From: an uncultured bacterium
Lineage (GTDB): Bacteria; Bacteroidota; Bacteroidia; Chitinophagales; Chitinophagaceae
NCBI GenBank assembly: GCA_965652775.1
Contig: CBFGXP010000001.1
Coordinates: forward strand, 1-59,421
DNA: 59,421 nucleotides
Direction of reading: 5' to 3'
Of the stretch, positions 18,625-28,283 are shown in pieces. Both the position numbers and the translations under genes were made by a program. Position 1 is the stretch's first letter; every line of letters begins with the position of its first letter. The notes beneath the pieces were generated by a model, which saw only the letters and a list, made by a program, of their open reading frames with translations, ran no database searches and was not told the origin of the DNA.

Positions 18625-19884
18625 ATGCCTGAATCCAATGAAGGCCTTGATGGCCTGTATACATACGACTCGTTTGGCGAAAAGAAAAAACCGGTTGAAA
18701 AAAACTACTTTCTATGGTGGTGTGCAGGAGCACATCAAAAATTATTAAAACAATTTCCATCTGAGCATAGTAAATACTCAGGACTGGGAGCAGTGCTGCT
18801 TGCCACGTTTGTACTGGCAACGCTGTCAGCCGGCTATGCTATTTATACAGTTTTTGGAAATTGGTTGTGGACGATCGGCTTTGCGATCATCTGGGGATTG
18901 ATAATCTTTAATTTCGACAGGTTCCTTGTTTCTACCATGCGGAAATATGGCGTATCACGCCGAAAGCAAATTATGATGGCGATACCACGCCTTGCTCTTG
19001 CATTGTTGATCGGCGTTGTAATTGCACGACCACTTGAAATGAAGATTTTTGAAAAAGAGATCAATGTAAAAATGACAGAGAATCTCCATAAGAAGATCCA
19101 GCTTAATGATAGTCTATTAGCAATGGAGTTTAAAAACCAACTTGTAAATGCAGAAACTGAAAGACAGCGCCTCCTCGGTCGTAAGCTGGCGATCGAGGAC
19201 ACGCTGCACAATCTGCAAACGGGGTATCTGCGGGAAGCTGATGGTACCGGTGGCAGCATGCAACGAGGCATTGAAAATATCACAAGATTAAAACAGGATG
19301 CATTTAACCTGGCAAGAAATCAATTTGCTCCTGAAATATTATCGCTTGAGCAAAACATGAAAAGCCAGGATAGCATCATGGGCACTGCAAAAGCATCGAT
19401 GGAAGATAAACGCAAATTATTTGAAGCCTCGGCAACCGCAAACATGGGTTTCCTTGAACGCAACAAAGCGCTGGCGGATCTTTCTGCAGAAGAACCAAGT
19501 GTATTCTGGGCAAGCCTGCTGATCTCAATGCTGATCATACTGATTGAAATCGGGCCGGTGTTATCAAAGCTCATGATGCCGCTCGGGCCTTATGATATTG
19601 CACTTGCAAAAGAGGAATTGCTGAACATGGCTAATGAAGAGGCAGAAATAAGAAAAGACAGGAATGAACGATTTGAGAAGAGAAAAGTATATCGTGAAAA
19701 ACAAAAAGAAATGGGCGATCAATTGGCGGAAAAGCTTACACAGCTTCAGCAAAAAAATATTGACAAAGAACTTGACAAATGGGAACGGGGTGAATGGAAA
19801 CCGGAAGATCATCGTGCAAGTATGGATGAGGTGATGCGAAAAATAAAAAGCCAGTATCAGTTTAAAGAAGATGATTTACTATAA
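18625..19884 (+). CDS. DUF4407-like membrane protein with long coiled coils
   Basis: 419 aa with three N-terminal TM segments, a roughly 150-aa heptad-rich segment, a fourth TM (VFWASLLISMLIILIEIGPV) and a charged C-terminal coil. The DUF4407 assignment is from memory of the family architecture. Confidence 0.6.
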   Translation: MPESNEGLDGLYTYDSFGEKKKPVEKNYFLWWCAGAHQKLLKQFPSEHSKYSGLGAVLLATFVLATLSAGYAIYTVFGNWLWTIGFAIIWGLIIFNFDRFLVSTMRKYGVSRRKQIMMAIPRLALALLIGVVIARPLEMKIFEKEINVKMTENLHKKIQLNDSLLAMEFKNQLVNAETERQRLLGRKLAIEDTLHNLQTGYLREADGTGGSMQRGIENITRLKQDAFNLARNQFAPEILSLEQNMKSQDSIMGTAKASMEDKRKLFEASATANMGFLERNKALADLSAEEPSVFWASLLISMLIILIEIGPVLSKLMMPLGPYDIALAKEELLNMANEEAEIRKDRNERFEKRKVYREKQKEMGDQLAEKLTQLQQKNIDKELDKWERGEWKPEDHRASMDEVMRKIKSQYQFKEDDLL

Positions 19885-19893
19885 CGTGAGTGT

Positions 19894-20433
19894 ATGTTTA
19901 AGAGGATCATCAAGACATTTTTCCGATGGCTGGCTTTTTTGATCTTCCTTGTGCTTCTTGGTCTGCTGCTGCCACAAAAATTCAGAATGCCTGTTGAAGG
20001 CGCCACAAAAAAAAGCTATTCGCAAAAATCATTCTGGGCATATCCGTGGGGAAGATCAGTAACCCATAAAGGCGTTGACATTTTTGCTAAAAGGGGAACT
20101 ACTATTCATCCTGCTACAGCCGGGATCGTTTTATACAAAGGAAAGACTGAAAGGGGCGGTAATGTAGTCTTCATCCTGGGGCCAAAATGGAGAATACATT
20201 ACTACGCCCATCTTGATAAAATAAAAACAAAAAGTTTTTCAATCGTTTCTTCAAAAAGTATTATCGGCACAGTGGGTTCAACCGGGAATGCCAGTGGAAA
20301 GCCTTCGCATCTCCATTATACGATCAAAACAATAATTCCCTATCCATGGCGAATCGATAAAGGCATACAGGGAAAAAGGAAAATGTTTTACCTCAATCCG
20401 ATCAAATATTTAAATGAAACCCTTAGTTCGTAA
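19894..20433 (+). CDS. M23 family metallopeptidase, membrane-anchored
   Basis: N-terminal TM segment, HKGVD (HxxxD) and SHLHYT (HxH) catalytic motifs. It lies 9 nt downstream of the DUF4407-like gene. Confidence 0.85.
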   Translation: MFKRIIKTFFRWLAFLIFLVLLGLLLPQKFRMPVEGATKKSYSQKSFWAYPWGRSVTHKGVDIFAKRGTTIHPATAGIVLYKGKTERGGNVVFILGPKWRIHYYAHLDKIKTKSFSIVSSKSIIGTVGSTGNASGKPSHLHYTIKTIIPYPWRIDKGIQGKRKMFYLNPIKYLNETLSS

Positions 20434-22344
20434 CTACATCTTATCTTTCACTCCTGCCCTTTTTCTCATTTCAGCAATTGGAAAAACAATTAATCTTCCC
20501 AATTGTTTGTCACCGCGATAAGTTACCACCTTCATTGTTGAGGCATCGATAGGAATTTCTACGGGTTTTGAATATACAGGATAAAAATTATCAGGGAAAG
20601 AGTTATCAAATGTATAATGAACAGAAATGCCCGGAACTTCTGTTTTCATCTCAACAGTGATCCTGTTTTTATCATTCTTTGTGAACTTGAAATCCGGTTC
20701 ATACATGCTGGGTGCATATTTTGTTTGTGCATAATCGAACCGCTTAAAATGATCTTCCACTTTTGTAACAAACCTGCTCCAGTTCTTTTTTTCTTTTTGC
20801 GACCAGACGGTTTCGGCTATTGAGAAAGCCCTGGGCCATGTCATATACTCTGCATGCCGCATATTATACACCTGTTCAGTCCATAAATTGGCTTGTCCCC
20901 CTTTTATATATTTTGCATCAACACCCTCGGGCACTGGTTCAAATTCATAAGTTTTACTTAAACGCAACGAAGCATAAACCGGTGGTTCTATAATGCCATC
21001 ACCCTGCATATAATCTATGTATGCATAAGTGGTGGGACTCATCACGACTTCATGTCCCATCTTAGCCGCTGCAATTCCTCCTTTCATTCCCCGCCAGCTC
21101 ATCACGGCCGCATTAGGTGCAAGACCTCCATCAAGTATCTCATCCCAGCCGATCATTTTTTTTCCTTTTGAATTAATGATCTTCTCCACTCTTTTTGTAA
21201 AATAACTTTGAACCTCATCAAGATTTTTCAGCTTCTCTCTTTTCATCAACGCTTTTACAGCATCCGATTTTTCCCAAAAATTCCTTGCTGTTTCATCGCC
21301 TCCCATGTGTATGTACTCAAATGGAAATAACTGGGCAACTTCAGTAAACACTTTATCCAGGAACTCATACACTTTTTCATTTGCAGGACAAAGTGAATTA
21401 TCGATCAATCCATAAAAATGTGCATTCGCCGGCCACTCCATAATTTTTTCACCTGAACGAACTCTGTATTTTCCCGGAGTGCAAACTAATTCAGGATAAG
21501 AAGCAATAGCTGCAAGGCTATGCCCCGGCACATCGATCTCTGGTAATATATTTATGAACCTGTCTTTTGCATACTGCACAAGCTCTCTTACATCTTCGTG
21601 AGTTAAATAACCACCATAATTACGGGGCTCATCATCGGTAGGCGGAATAAAATTTCCAAATGTACCGGTGCGATCTACCCGCCATGAGCCAACAGAATTA
21701 AGTTTAGGCAATGATTTTATTTCGACCCGCCATCCTTCATCATTTGACAAGGTAAGATGAAGCATATTGTATTTATACTTCACCATCGTATTCATATATT
21801 GCTTTATCTGTTCCTTGTTAAAATAGTGACGGGAAATATCAAACATCAATCCGCGCCAACCGAAACGTGGGTAATCAGTGATCTCAACTGCCGGCACAGA
21901 CCATGAAATATTTTTAACTACCGATTTACTTTCAATTGCTGCTGGTAAAAGTTGAATAAAAGTTTGCACACCATAGAACAAGCCCGCAGGGTCATTTGCA
22001 GTGATGACAACACCATTGCTTGCGGAAGTTGTAAGCTGGTAACCTTCTTTACCTATTGTTGCATTTGCGGCTTTATTCAAAGATAAATTAACATCAGCCT
22101 TTTCATTCGCTAAGGCAAGCGTAACCGGCAAGCCGGTAACTGATAATTTTTCTTTCAGCGATTCAGCGATCTTTTTTACAACGACATTCGTTATTTCTCC
22201 CCCAATAACGATTTTAGATTTAAAATCATAAGTTCCTTCGTTCTGTTTTAAGGAAACAGGTTCTGGAATGATTGAAACCTGCGAAGCGGAAGGAAAAATA
22301 ATCACTATAAAAAAAGTAACTACTAAAAAGATTCTTGCAAGCAT
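20434..22344 (-). CDS. beta-N-acetylhexosaminidase (GH20)
   Basis: 636 aa with a signal peptide, RGLMFDISRH, IDVPGH and HMGGDE catalytic motifs. Confidence 0.9.
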   Translation of the reverse strand: MLARIFLVVTFFIVIIFPSASQVSIIPEPVSLKQNEGTYDFKSKIVIGGEITNVVVKKIAESLKEKLSVTGLPVTLALANEKADVNLSLNKAANATIGKEGYQLTTSASNGVVITANDPAGLFYGVQTFIQLLPAAIESKSVVKNISWSVPAVEITDYPRFGWRGLMFDISRHYFNKEQIKQYMNTMVKYKYNMLHLTLSNDEGWRVEIKSLPKLNSVGSWRVDRTGTFGNFIPPTDDEPRNYGGYLTHEDVRELVQYAKDRFINILPEIDVPGHSLAAIASYPELVCTPGKYRVRSGEKIMEWPANAHFYGLIDNSLCPANEKVYEFLDKVFTEVAQLFPFEYIHMGGDETARNFWEKSDAVKALMKREKLKNLDEVQSYFTKRVEKIINSKGKKMIGWDEILDGGLAPNAAVMSWRGMKGGIAAAKMGHEVVMSPTTYAYIDYMQGDGIIEPPVYASLRLSKTYEFEPVPEGVDAKYIKGGQANLWTEQVYNMRHAEYMTWPRAFSIAETVWSQKEKKNWSRFVTKVEDHFKRFDYAQTKYAPSMYEPDFKFTKNDKNRITVEMKTEVPGISVHYTFDNSFPDNFYPVYSKPVEIPIDASTMKVVTYRGDKQLGRLIVFPIAEMRKRAGVKDKM

Positions 22345-22413
22345 AACGTAAGTTTAAATTGAGCGATGAAGTTAAATTATTTTAAGGGTGAAAATGCTGA
22401 TAGAAATAAATTT

Positions 22414-23025
22414 TCAAATAGCTGACAATTCCATACTCTTCAGACTCTTTAGCTGGAGAATGCACAGCTCAAGTTGTGACTTTGGAATAGACGCTTCTAT
22501 CATGCAGAACAGTTGCAGGTCCTGCCTTAGAATTACACAGTCATTCTTTTTAATGATCCGCATTACATCATTCAAAATGGTATAATCGAACTGCAGCCTG
22601 TAATTGATGGTAACAGGTTTTTTAACAATGGGGTTCAACTGCAATGCAAAAGAGGCAGCTGTCTTATACGCATTGATCAAACCGGGCACACCAAGTAAAG
22701 TACCACCGAAATAACGAACAACAATGATGGCTGTGTTTACCAACTCCTTGCTATCAATCTGTCCTAATATGGGCCGGCCGGCGCTACCTGAAGGTTCACC
22801 ATCATCGCTGCTGCGAAAATTATTACCGTCCGTACCAAGGCGATAAGCAAAACAATGGTGCACTGCTTTGGGGTGTTCCTCCTTTAATTCGTTTAACCGA
22901 TTCTTAAATTCGGCGGGTGATGAAACAGGAAACGCATAAGCAAGAAAACGGCTGCCTCTATCCTTAAACTCGGCCATTGATTCCTTTTCAAGGGTTAGGT
23001 AAAAATCTTTATTACTGGTTGACAC
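22414..23025 (-). CDS. YigZ/IMPACT family protein (UPF0029)
   Basis: 203 aa with FKDRGSRFLAYAFP and the HHCFAY motif of the YigZ N-terminal domain. Confidence 0.8.
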   Translation of the reverse strand: MSTSNKDFYLTLEKESMAEFKDRGSRFLAYAFPVSSPAEFKNRLNELKEEHPKAVHHCFAYRLGTDGNNFRSSDDGEPSGSAGRPILGQIDSKELVNTAIIVVRYFGGTLLGVPGLINAYKTAASFALQLNPIVKKPVTINYRLQFDYTILNDVMRIIKKNDCVILRQDLQLFCMIEASIPKSQLELCILQLKSLKSMELSAI

Positions 23026-24076
23026 TTGTGAGATTTACTTCTTTAAAATAAGTATTGATAGAATCGTTTAACATCGTTTTCTCTTCCCTTACAGGACTCA
23101 TGGGTAATTCAGGCGCTGCAAGTCCATTTTCAATGATTAATTTTTCATTTTTGATTACTCTTGCTTCATCCCACACTCCTTCGTCGATAAAAGATTGCAA
23201 TAACCTTGCTCCCCCTTCAACAATTACACTCTGAATTTTCATTTGATACAATGCATTTACGATTTGGTGAATAAGATTAACATCTTTAGTGACCCGGTAA
23301 AAATTCAGATTGTCATTCTCTTCATGCTTTAATGCATTAAAGACAATCGTTTTTTGTTTGTCATTAAAAATTTTTAATGCCGCTGGCAATTTCAAATCCA
23401 TATCAACCACCAATCTTACCGGCGAAGGACCTTCCCAGTTCCTTGTCGTCAATTCCGGGTTATCAAGCAATGCGGTGTTAGTACCAATAAGAATTGATGC
23501 CTCTTCACTTCTCCATTTATGAACAAGACGATTTGTTTGCTCACCTGAAATATACAGGCGGTCAGGTCCATTTCCCGCTATCTTTTTGTTAGCTGTCTCG
23601 GCCCATTTTAAGATAATATATGGCCGGTGTTGCGTATGAAATGTAATAAACCGCCTGTTGAGCTGGTTACATTCCTTTTCGAGAATTCCATATTGAACAT
23701 CTATACCGGCGGCTTTCAGCTTTTCAATGCCCTTTCCATAAACCTCTTTAAAAACATCACGACTCCCAATGACAACTTTAGGAATATTGTTAGCTATTAT
23801 CAGATCGGTACATGGTGGCGTTTTACCAAAATGAACGCAGGGCTCAAGTGAAACATACAAAACCGACTCCCTGATCCTGGTTTTATTCCTGCGACTGACA
23901 GCATTAATACAATTTACTTCGGCATGTGGATGCCCATATTGCTGATGATAACCTTCGCCGATAATTTTTTTATCATAAATAAGTACAGCGCCTACCATTG
24001 GATTCGGTGCAACATAGCCAGAGCCTTTTTCGGCCAGCTCAAGACAGCGGTGCATGTATTTTTGGTCAGTGGTCAA
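23012..24076 (-). CDS. ribD: bifunctional diaminohydroxyphosphoribosylaminopyrimidine deaminase / 5-amino-6-(5-phosphoribosylamino)uracil reductase
   Basis: HAEVNCI and PCVHFGKTPPC deaminase motifs plus a RibD_C reductase half. The start is TTG at 24076, inside a repeat arm. It overlaps the yigZ-like gene by 14 nt. Confidence 0.9.
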   Translation of the reverse strand: MTTDQKYMHRCLELAEKGSGYVAPNPMVGAVLIYDKKIIGEGYHQQYGHPHAEVNCINAVSRRNKTRIRESVLYVSLEPCVHFGKTPPCTDLIIANNIPKVVIGSRDVFKEVYGKGIEKLKAAGIDVQYGILEKECNQLNRRFITFHTQHRPYIILKWAETANKKIAGNGPDRLYISGEQTNRLVHKWRSEEASILIGTNTALLDNPELTTRNWEGPSPVRLVVDMDLKLPAALKIFNDKQKTIVFNALKHEENDNLNFYRVTKDVNLIHQIVNALYQMKIQSVIVEGGARLLQSFIDEGVWDEARVIKNEKLIIENGLAAPELPMSPVREEKTMLNDSINTYFKEVNLTSVNQ

Positions 24077-24168
24077 TTGTGAATAGTGAATAATTACAAA
24101 AATAAATGTTTATCCCATGGTAAAACGATATCTCGTTCATATTGGCAATTGACCATTTGCTATTCACG
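24063..24168. repeat. heptamer-periodic inverted-repeat element, family A (diverged copy)
   Basis: TGGTCAG TGGTCAA TTGTGAA TAGTGAA (left arm) faces ...CAATTGACCATTTGCTATTCAC (right arm). GGTCAATTG pairs with CAATTGACC, and GTGAATAG pairs with CTATTCAC. Confidence 0.6.
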
Positions 24169-24182
24169 TCGTAAGTTTGCTC

Positions 24183-25055
24183 ATGACATTTAATGAAGCC
24201 CGGACGGTATTGACGAAGGAACTTTCTATTATTTATGAAAAGGATGAATTAAAAAACATTATTGATCTGGTTTTAGAATATGTTACAACTATGCCCCGGA
24301 TGGAACAGGTAAAAAGTAAATTGTCCTATCTTACCTGTACCCAGCTCGAAACCATAGATGACATCACCGAACGATTAAAGCGTAACGAGCCTGTACAATA
24401 TGTATTAGGCGAAGCATGGTTCGCAGGAATGAAGTTTAAAGTGAACAAAAATGTACTGATACCAAGACCGGAAACGGAAGAGTTAGTGGATTGGGTGATA
24501 AAGGAAAGTCAAAAGTCAGGTGCCGATAGGTATCCGGATAAAAATAAAAATATTCTTGATGTAGGAACAGGCAGTGGATGTATCCCGATTACTTTAAAAA
24601 AGAAATTGCCAACTGCGATTATATCCGCAATTGATGTTTGCAGTGAAGCTTTATTTACCGCAACAGAAAACGCAATTGACCACCTTACTGAAGTAAATTT
24701 TGTTTTACTTGATTTTCTTGATGAAGAAAAATGGAAAGAGCTCGGGGAGTTTGATATTATTGTCAGCAATCCACCTTATGTAAAACAAAGTGAAGCGCAA
24801 GCAATGCATCATAGAGTTATAAATTTTGAACCTCGTCTTGCTTTATTTGTTCCAGATGAAGATGCTCTCCTATTTTATAAAAGGCTTTCTGATTTTTCTT
24901 TGAAACATTTGAGGCCAGATGGCCGCTTATTTGTGGAAATAAATGAAGCACTGGGCGATGCCGTTGAAAACCTGTTTCGGTCCGCAGGATTTATTGACGT
25001 TGAATTGAAAAAAGATATGCAAGGGAAAGATAGAATGTTAATGGCTTCACTTTAG
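24183..25055 (+). CDS. prmC: peptide chain release factor N5-glutamine methyltransferase
   Basis: VLIPRPETE, DVGTGSGCI and the NPPY motif. I prefer ATG 24183 (TTG 24177 is also in frame). A TAAGTTTG box lies at 24172-24179. Confidence 0.85.
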   Translation: MTFNEARTVLTKELSIIYEKDELKNIIDLVLEYVTTMPRMEQVKSKLSYLTCTQLETIDDITERLKRNEPVQYVLGEAWFAGMKFKVNKNVLIPRPETEELVDWVIKESQKSGADRYPDKNKNILDVGTGSGCIPITLKKKLPTAIISAIDVCSEALFTATENAIDHLTEVNFVLLDFLDEEKWKELGEFDIIVSNPPYVKQSEAQAMHHRVINFEPRLALFVPDEDALLFYKRLSDFSLKHLRPDGRLFVEINEALGDAVENLFRSAGFIDVELKKDMQGKDRMLMASL

Positions 25056-25056
25056 T

Positions 25057-25437
25057 TTAATTCCTTATAAATTTTTGCCTATACCCAACTACGCCGTTAA
25101 CCGAATAATCTGTTATAAGGTAACTATCATCAAGAAGCGAGACAGTAACAGTAGTTATATTTCCATTGGAATTAACAAAGCTTAACTGTCTGGTAGAATG
25201 ATCGTACAGATAAGATCCATGACCAGCAGGTACATCATTAAACGCTGAGTAATTTCCATCCTCCGTTAATTTTAAATGAAGCGGAAACCTTGACGGTCCA
25301 CTCCAATGGAATACACCCGAATTATCTCTGGTATAAACTGAAACCTCTTTCCAAAATCCGGTAATCGTTACCTCGTTCTCTTTTTTACAAGAAAGAAAGA
25401 ATATTAAAATGAAAAAGAAAGAAAAAAGTCTTTTCAT
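25057..25437 (-). CDS. hypothetical lipoprotein
   Basis: I chose the internal ATG (MKRLFSFFFILIFFLSC lipobox) rather than the ORF-track start 25503. Confidence 0.5.
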   Translation of the reverse strand: MKRLFSFFFILIFFLSCKKENEVTITGFWKEVSVYTRDNSGVFHWSGPSRFPLHLKLTEDGNYSAFNDVPAGHGSYLYDHSTRQLSFVNSNGNITTVTVSLLDDSYLITDYSVNGVVGYRQKFIRN

Positions 25438-25526
25438 GGAGCAGGATTTATAAAATAAAAATAACCCCCACAGTTGAAAAGTACAAGGGGAAAATACGTG
25501 CAATCAGGTCATTTCTAAATTCAGGA

Positions 25527-25931
25527 TTATTTCTGCGCCTTAGGATCCACCAACAAAGTACTTTTTGCACCAAGCTCCTGTGCAATACGCATTACAGCTA
25601 CTACATTATCCAGCGGGACTGTTTTATCAGCATTTATTGCAATCGTGGCCTGGGAAGTATCTTTTACTATAAAAGGCTCCACAGCCGCTCTTAGTTGATC
25701 AAATGGAACTGATTTGCCATTAAGAATATACTCTCCTGTTGCCTTGATATTAACAATTACCGATTGCTTTGCTTTTGACTGGCTTTTTGCTTTGGGAACT
25801 GTGAGTGGTATTACATTCGGATTCGCAAGCGTTGAAACTATCAGGAAAAAGAAAAGCAGGATGAACAGGATATCGTTTAGTGCGCCTGCATGTAGCTCGG
25901 GTTGTGACTTGTATCTTTTTTTTATATTCAT
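25527..25931 (-). CDS. exbD: ExbD/TolR family biopolymer transport protein
   Basis: 134 aa with a single N-terminal TM (DILFILLFFFLIV) and an ExbD periplasmic domain pattern. Confidence 0.85.
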   Translation of the reverse strand: MNIKKRYKSQPELHAGALNDILFILLFFFLIVSTLANPNVIPLTVPKAKSQSKAKQSVIVNIKATGEYILNGKSVPFDQLRAAVEPFIVKDTSQATIAINADKTVPLDNVVAVMRIAQELGAKSTLLVDPKAQK

Positions 25932-25968
25932 TCTGAATTGTTAATTAATAATTATGAATTATTAATTT

Positions 25969-26676
25969 TTACCTGGTGGGTTCCTGTAAAATATCCATAA
26001 ACTCTGCAGCGCTTGCTTCCATCTTGTTGGTCACTTTTGCTATCTGAGAATTCAAGAAATTATAGCCGATATATGCAAGCATACCAATAATAAGACCGGC
26101 AGCAGAGGTGATCATTTTTGTATAAATACCACCCGCGATCGACGCCGCAGTAAATTCACCAGTAGCGCTGATATCATAGAAAAGTTGCAGCATACCAATA
26201 ATGGTTCCCAGGAAACCCAGCATTGGCGCAATACCATAAACCAAAGAAAGTACTGATAGATTTCTTTCAAGATTATACAATTCGAGCTTGCCCACATTCT
26301 CCATGCTATCTTCGATAATATCGATTGGTTTGCCGATACGTTGAATCCCTTTATCAATAATTCTTGCCACCGGGTTGTTTGTATTCTTTGCAAAACTTCT
26401 TGCGGCCGAAACATTCCCGTTCACAATATGATCACGAATATGATTCATAAAGTTTTGATCAATCGTTCCTGCCTTACGAATCGCTATTAATCGCTCAACA
26501 AAAAAGAAAATAGCCAAAAGCAATAACCCTATCAATGGATACATAAGCCACCCACCCATAGCGAGCAATTCGCCAAGGCTTAAACTTCCATCTCCATTCT
26601 TATCTGCACTTGAAATAGCACTGTTTACATTTGAGGCAAGCTGATTTAATGTGTCAGTCTGTAAAAGGTGAATCAT
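25969..26676 (-). CDS. exbB: MotA/TolQ/ExbB proton channel family protein
   Basis: 235 aa with three TM segments and the conserved C-terminal block LSLVYGIAPMLGFLGTIIGM. Confidence 0.85.
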   Translation of the reverse strand: MIHLLQTDTLNQLASNVNSAISSADKNGDGSLSLGELLAMGGWLMYPLIGLLLLAIFFFVERLIAIRKAGTIDQNFMNHIRDHIVNGNVSAARSFAKNTNNPVARIIDKGIQRIGKPIDIIEDSMENVGKLELYNLERNLSVLSLVYGIAPMLGFLGTIIGMLQLFYDISATGEFTAASIAGGIYTKMITSAAGLIIGMLAYIGYNFLNSQIAKVTNKMEASAAEFMDILQEPTR

Positions 26677-26693
26677 TATTTATTTCTTTGGTT

Positions 26694-26722
26694 CGTAAAA
26701 GTAAGTTTATGTAAAAACTTAC
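26694..26722 (-). terminator. possible terminator downstream of the SPFH gene
   Basis: GTAAGTTT (26701-26708) pairs with AAACTTAC (26715-26722). On the minus strand it is followed by TTTTAC. Confidence 0.35.
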
Positions 26723-26864
26723 ACTGAATAAATTTTCAACAACTGTGGAAGAACGTGAAAAACAATGCCACGTTGCGGGAGGTAATCAAGTTTTGGAGTT
26801 CTTTAACAAGTAAATGTTTGAAATGTAAATTTTGACAACAAATGTTAAAAATCAAACGCGAAAA

Positions 26865-27845
26865 TTATTTAGGTGTAGACCCAGCCGGCTTCATCATCAA
26901 TGCCTGTATCTGCTTCATGGTGTTTTCCATACCCTGTGCGCTACCATCCAGGAAAATAACATTGCCCTTTCCATACTCTGCAAAATTCTTTACGGCTTCA
27001 GTCCACATACTGAAAAGGATGACGTTGGTATCAAGATTAGCCTGTTTCATCTGTTCGGCAGCTTCCGTCATACCCTGTGCTACTTCCATACGAAACAATG
27101 CAACCCCCTGGCCACGGAGCCTGGCCGCTTCTTTCTCAGCTTCAGCAGAGATCTTTATTGCATTTCCCTCTGCTTCGGCACCTTTTGTTTTTGTAATTAA
27201 CAGGGCCTGCCCTTCATTTTCAGCAGCAGCTTTCAGATTATTACTGGCGACTACTTTACTCATTGAATCCAGGATCACTTTATCAAAAGTTATGTCGTTT
27301 ATCTGCAGATCCTGTAAATGATAACCCCAGGTTTCCAATGAATGATCAACCTCTTCTTTCACATATTCAACGATCTCCCTGCGAAGTCCCAGTACTTCAG
27401 CTTGTTTTTTTGTGGCAACAAATGAACGGATATTACCCTCAATAGTTCTTATCAAGGCCTGCATCAGGTCTTTATCCGCAATAAACTTGAATGCTACTTT
27501 TTTAATTGTTTCTTCATCGGCATTTTGCACAGAATATAAAAGCATGCTTTTGAAATATACGTTTGCCTGGTCCTGTGTTACCGCCTGGAATTCCAGTTCC
27601 ACAGAACGATTTTGAATGGAAACTCTTTTATGGATCGTTTCTATAAATGGTATTTTCATTCGCAAACCAGGTCTGGCTATCCGCTGGTATTTTCCAAACA
27701 TGGTAATAACACCAATAAAACCCTGGTTGATGGTGAAAAAAGTACCAAATAAAAGAAAGAAGAGAACTATTGTCCACCAATAGTTTGCCCAAAAGTCTTG
27801 CATAAATAAATTTTTTGAATGCGCTAAAGTACCAAGAAATTCCAT
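26865..27845 (-). CDS. SPFH/band 7 (stomatin/prohibitin-like) domain protein
   Basis: N-terminal TM segment followed by an SPFH domain (GVITMFGKYQRIARPGLRMKIPFIE) and an Ala/Glu-rich coil. An alternative start lies at 27803. Confidence 0.85.
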   Translation of the reverse strand: MEFLGTLAHSKNLFMQDFWANYWWTIVLFFLLFGTFFTINQGFIGVITMFGKYQRIARPGLRMKIPFIETIHKRVSIQNRSVELEFQAVTQDQANVYFKSMLLYSVQNADEETIKKVAFKFIADKDLMQALIRTIEGNIRSFVATKKQAEVLGLRREIVEYVKEEVDHSLETWGYHLQDLQINDITFDKVILDSMSKVVASNNLKAAAENEGQALLITKTKGAEAEGNAIKISAEAEKEAARLRGQGVALFRMEVAQGMTEAAEQMKQANLDTNVILFSMWTEAVKNFAEYGKGNVIFLDGSAQGMENTMKQIQALMMKPAGSTPK

Positions 27846-27915
27846 GGTAGTAAATTATTTTACAAGGGGTAATCAAAGGATGAGAATAAAGTTAACTTTA
27901 CAGAAATACTTTTTT

Positions 27916-28275
27916 ATGTCACGGGGTTCAAAACTGTTTATAGGTTTGCTTAGTTTCATACCTATTATTCTTCTGTTTGTTTTGCTATTTATGATCCTCA
28001 GGTCAATTCCCACCTTCGTAGAATGGGAAAATTATGAACCTGATGCCCATGAAGTCTTTAGCATTTTTGCACCCGTCTTTATTCTAAGTATTTTCCTGGG
28101 GATACTCTCACTTGCTTTGCTTATTTTTTTTATCATTCACCTTGTTCGAAACAAAATGATGGATTCAACAGAAAGAATTATCTGGATACTTGTTTTGTTA
28201 TTTGCTGGTATTATTGGATACCCGATCTATTGGTATATGAGAGTATGGAGAAATGAGGATGGAAATTCGGTATAA
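27916..28275 (+). CDS. small membrane protein with PLD-nuclease N-terminal (PLDc_N)-like segment
   Basis: I chose ATG 27916. It has three TM segments, and the C-terminal ERIIWILVLLFAGIIGYPIYWYM resembles the PLDc_N motif. Confidence 0.55.
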   Translation: MSRGSKLFIGLLSFIPIILLFVLLFMILRSIPTFVEWENYEPDAHEVFSIFAPVFILSIFLGILSLALLIFFIIHLVRNKMMDSTERIIWILVLLFAGIIGYPIYWYMRVWRNEDGNSV

Positions 28276-28283
28276 ACTATACT

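Noticed and set aside
24077-24176. FMN riboswitch expected upstream of ribD
   Set aside because: The 100-nt region is occupied by the heptamer repeat element. I see none of the conserved FMN aptamer segments. This needs an Infernal scan to be certain.
25527-26676. MotA/ExbB plus ExbD pair considered as a Zorya-like (ZorAB) defence module
   Set aside because: Sizes (235 and 134 aa) and motifs are those of ordinary ExbB/ExbD. There is no long ZorA tail, and no ZorC/D-like helicase or nuclease genes are adjacent.
26832-27615. Several plus-strand ORFs (60-159 aa) antisense to the SPFH gene
   Set aside because: They are Ala/Ser/Cys-rich mirror frames of the Ala/Glu-rich coil of the SPFH protein, with no independent support.
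26865-28275. SPFH protein plus PLDc_N-like small membrane protein considered as a functional pair or defence module
   Set aside because: The genes are divergent, not co-transcribed. No NfeD partner or effector is present. I have no sequence evidence beyond adjacency.
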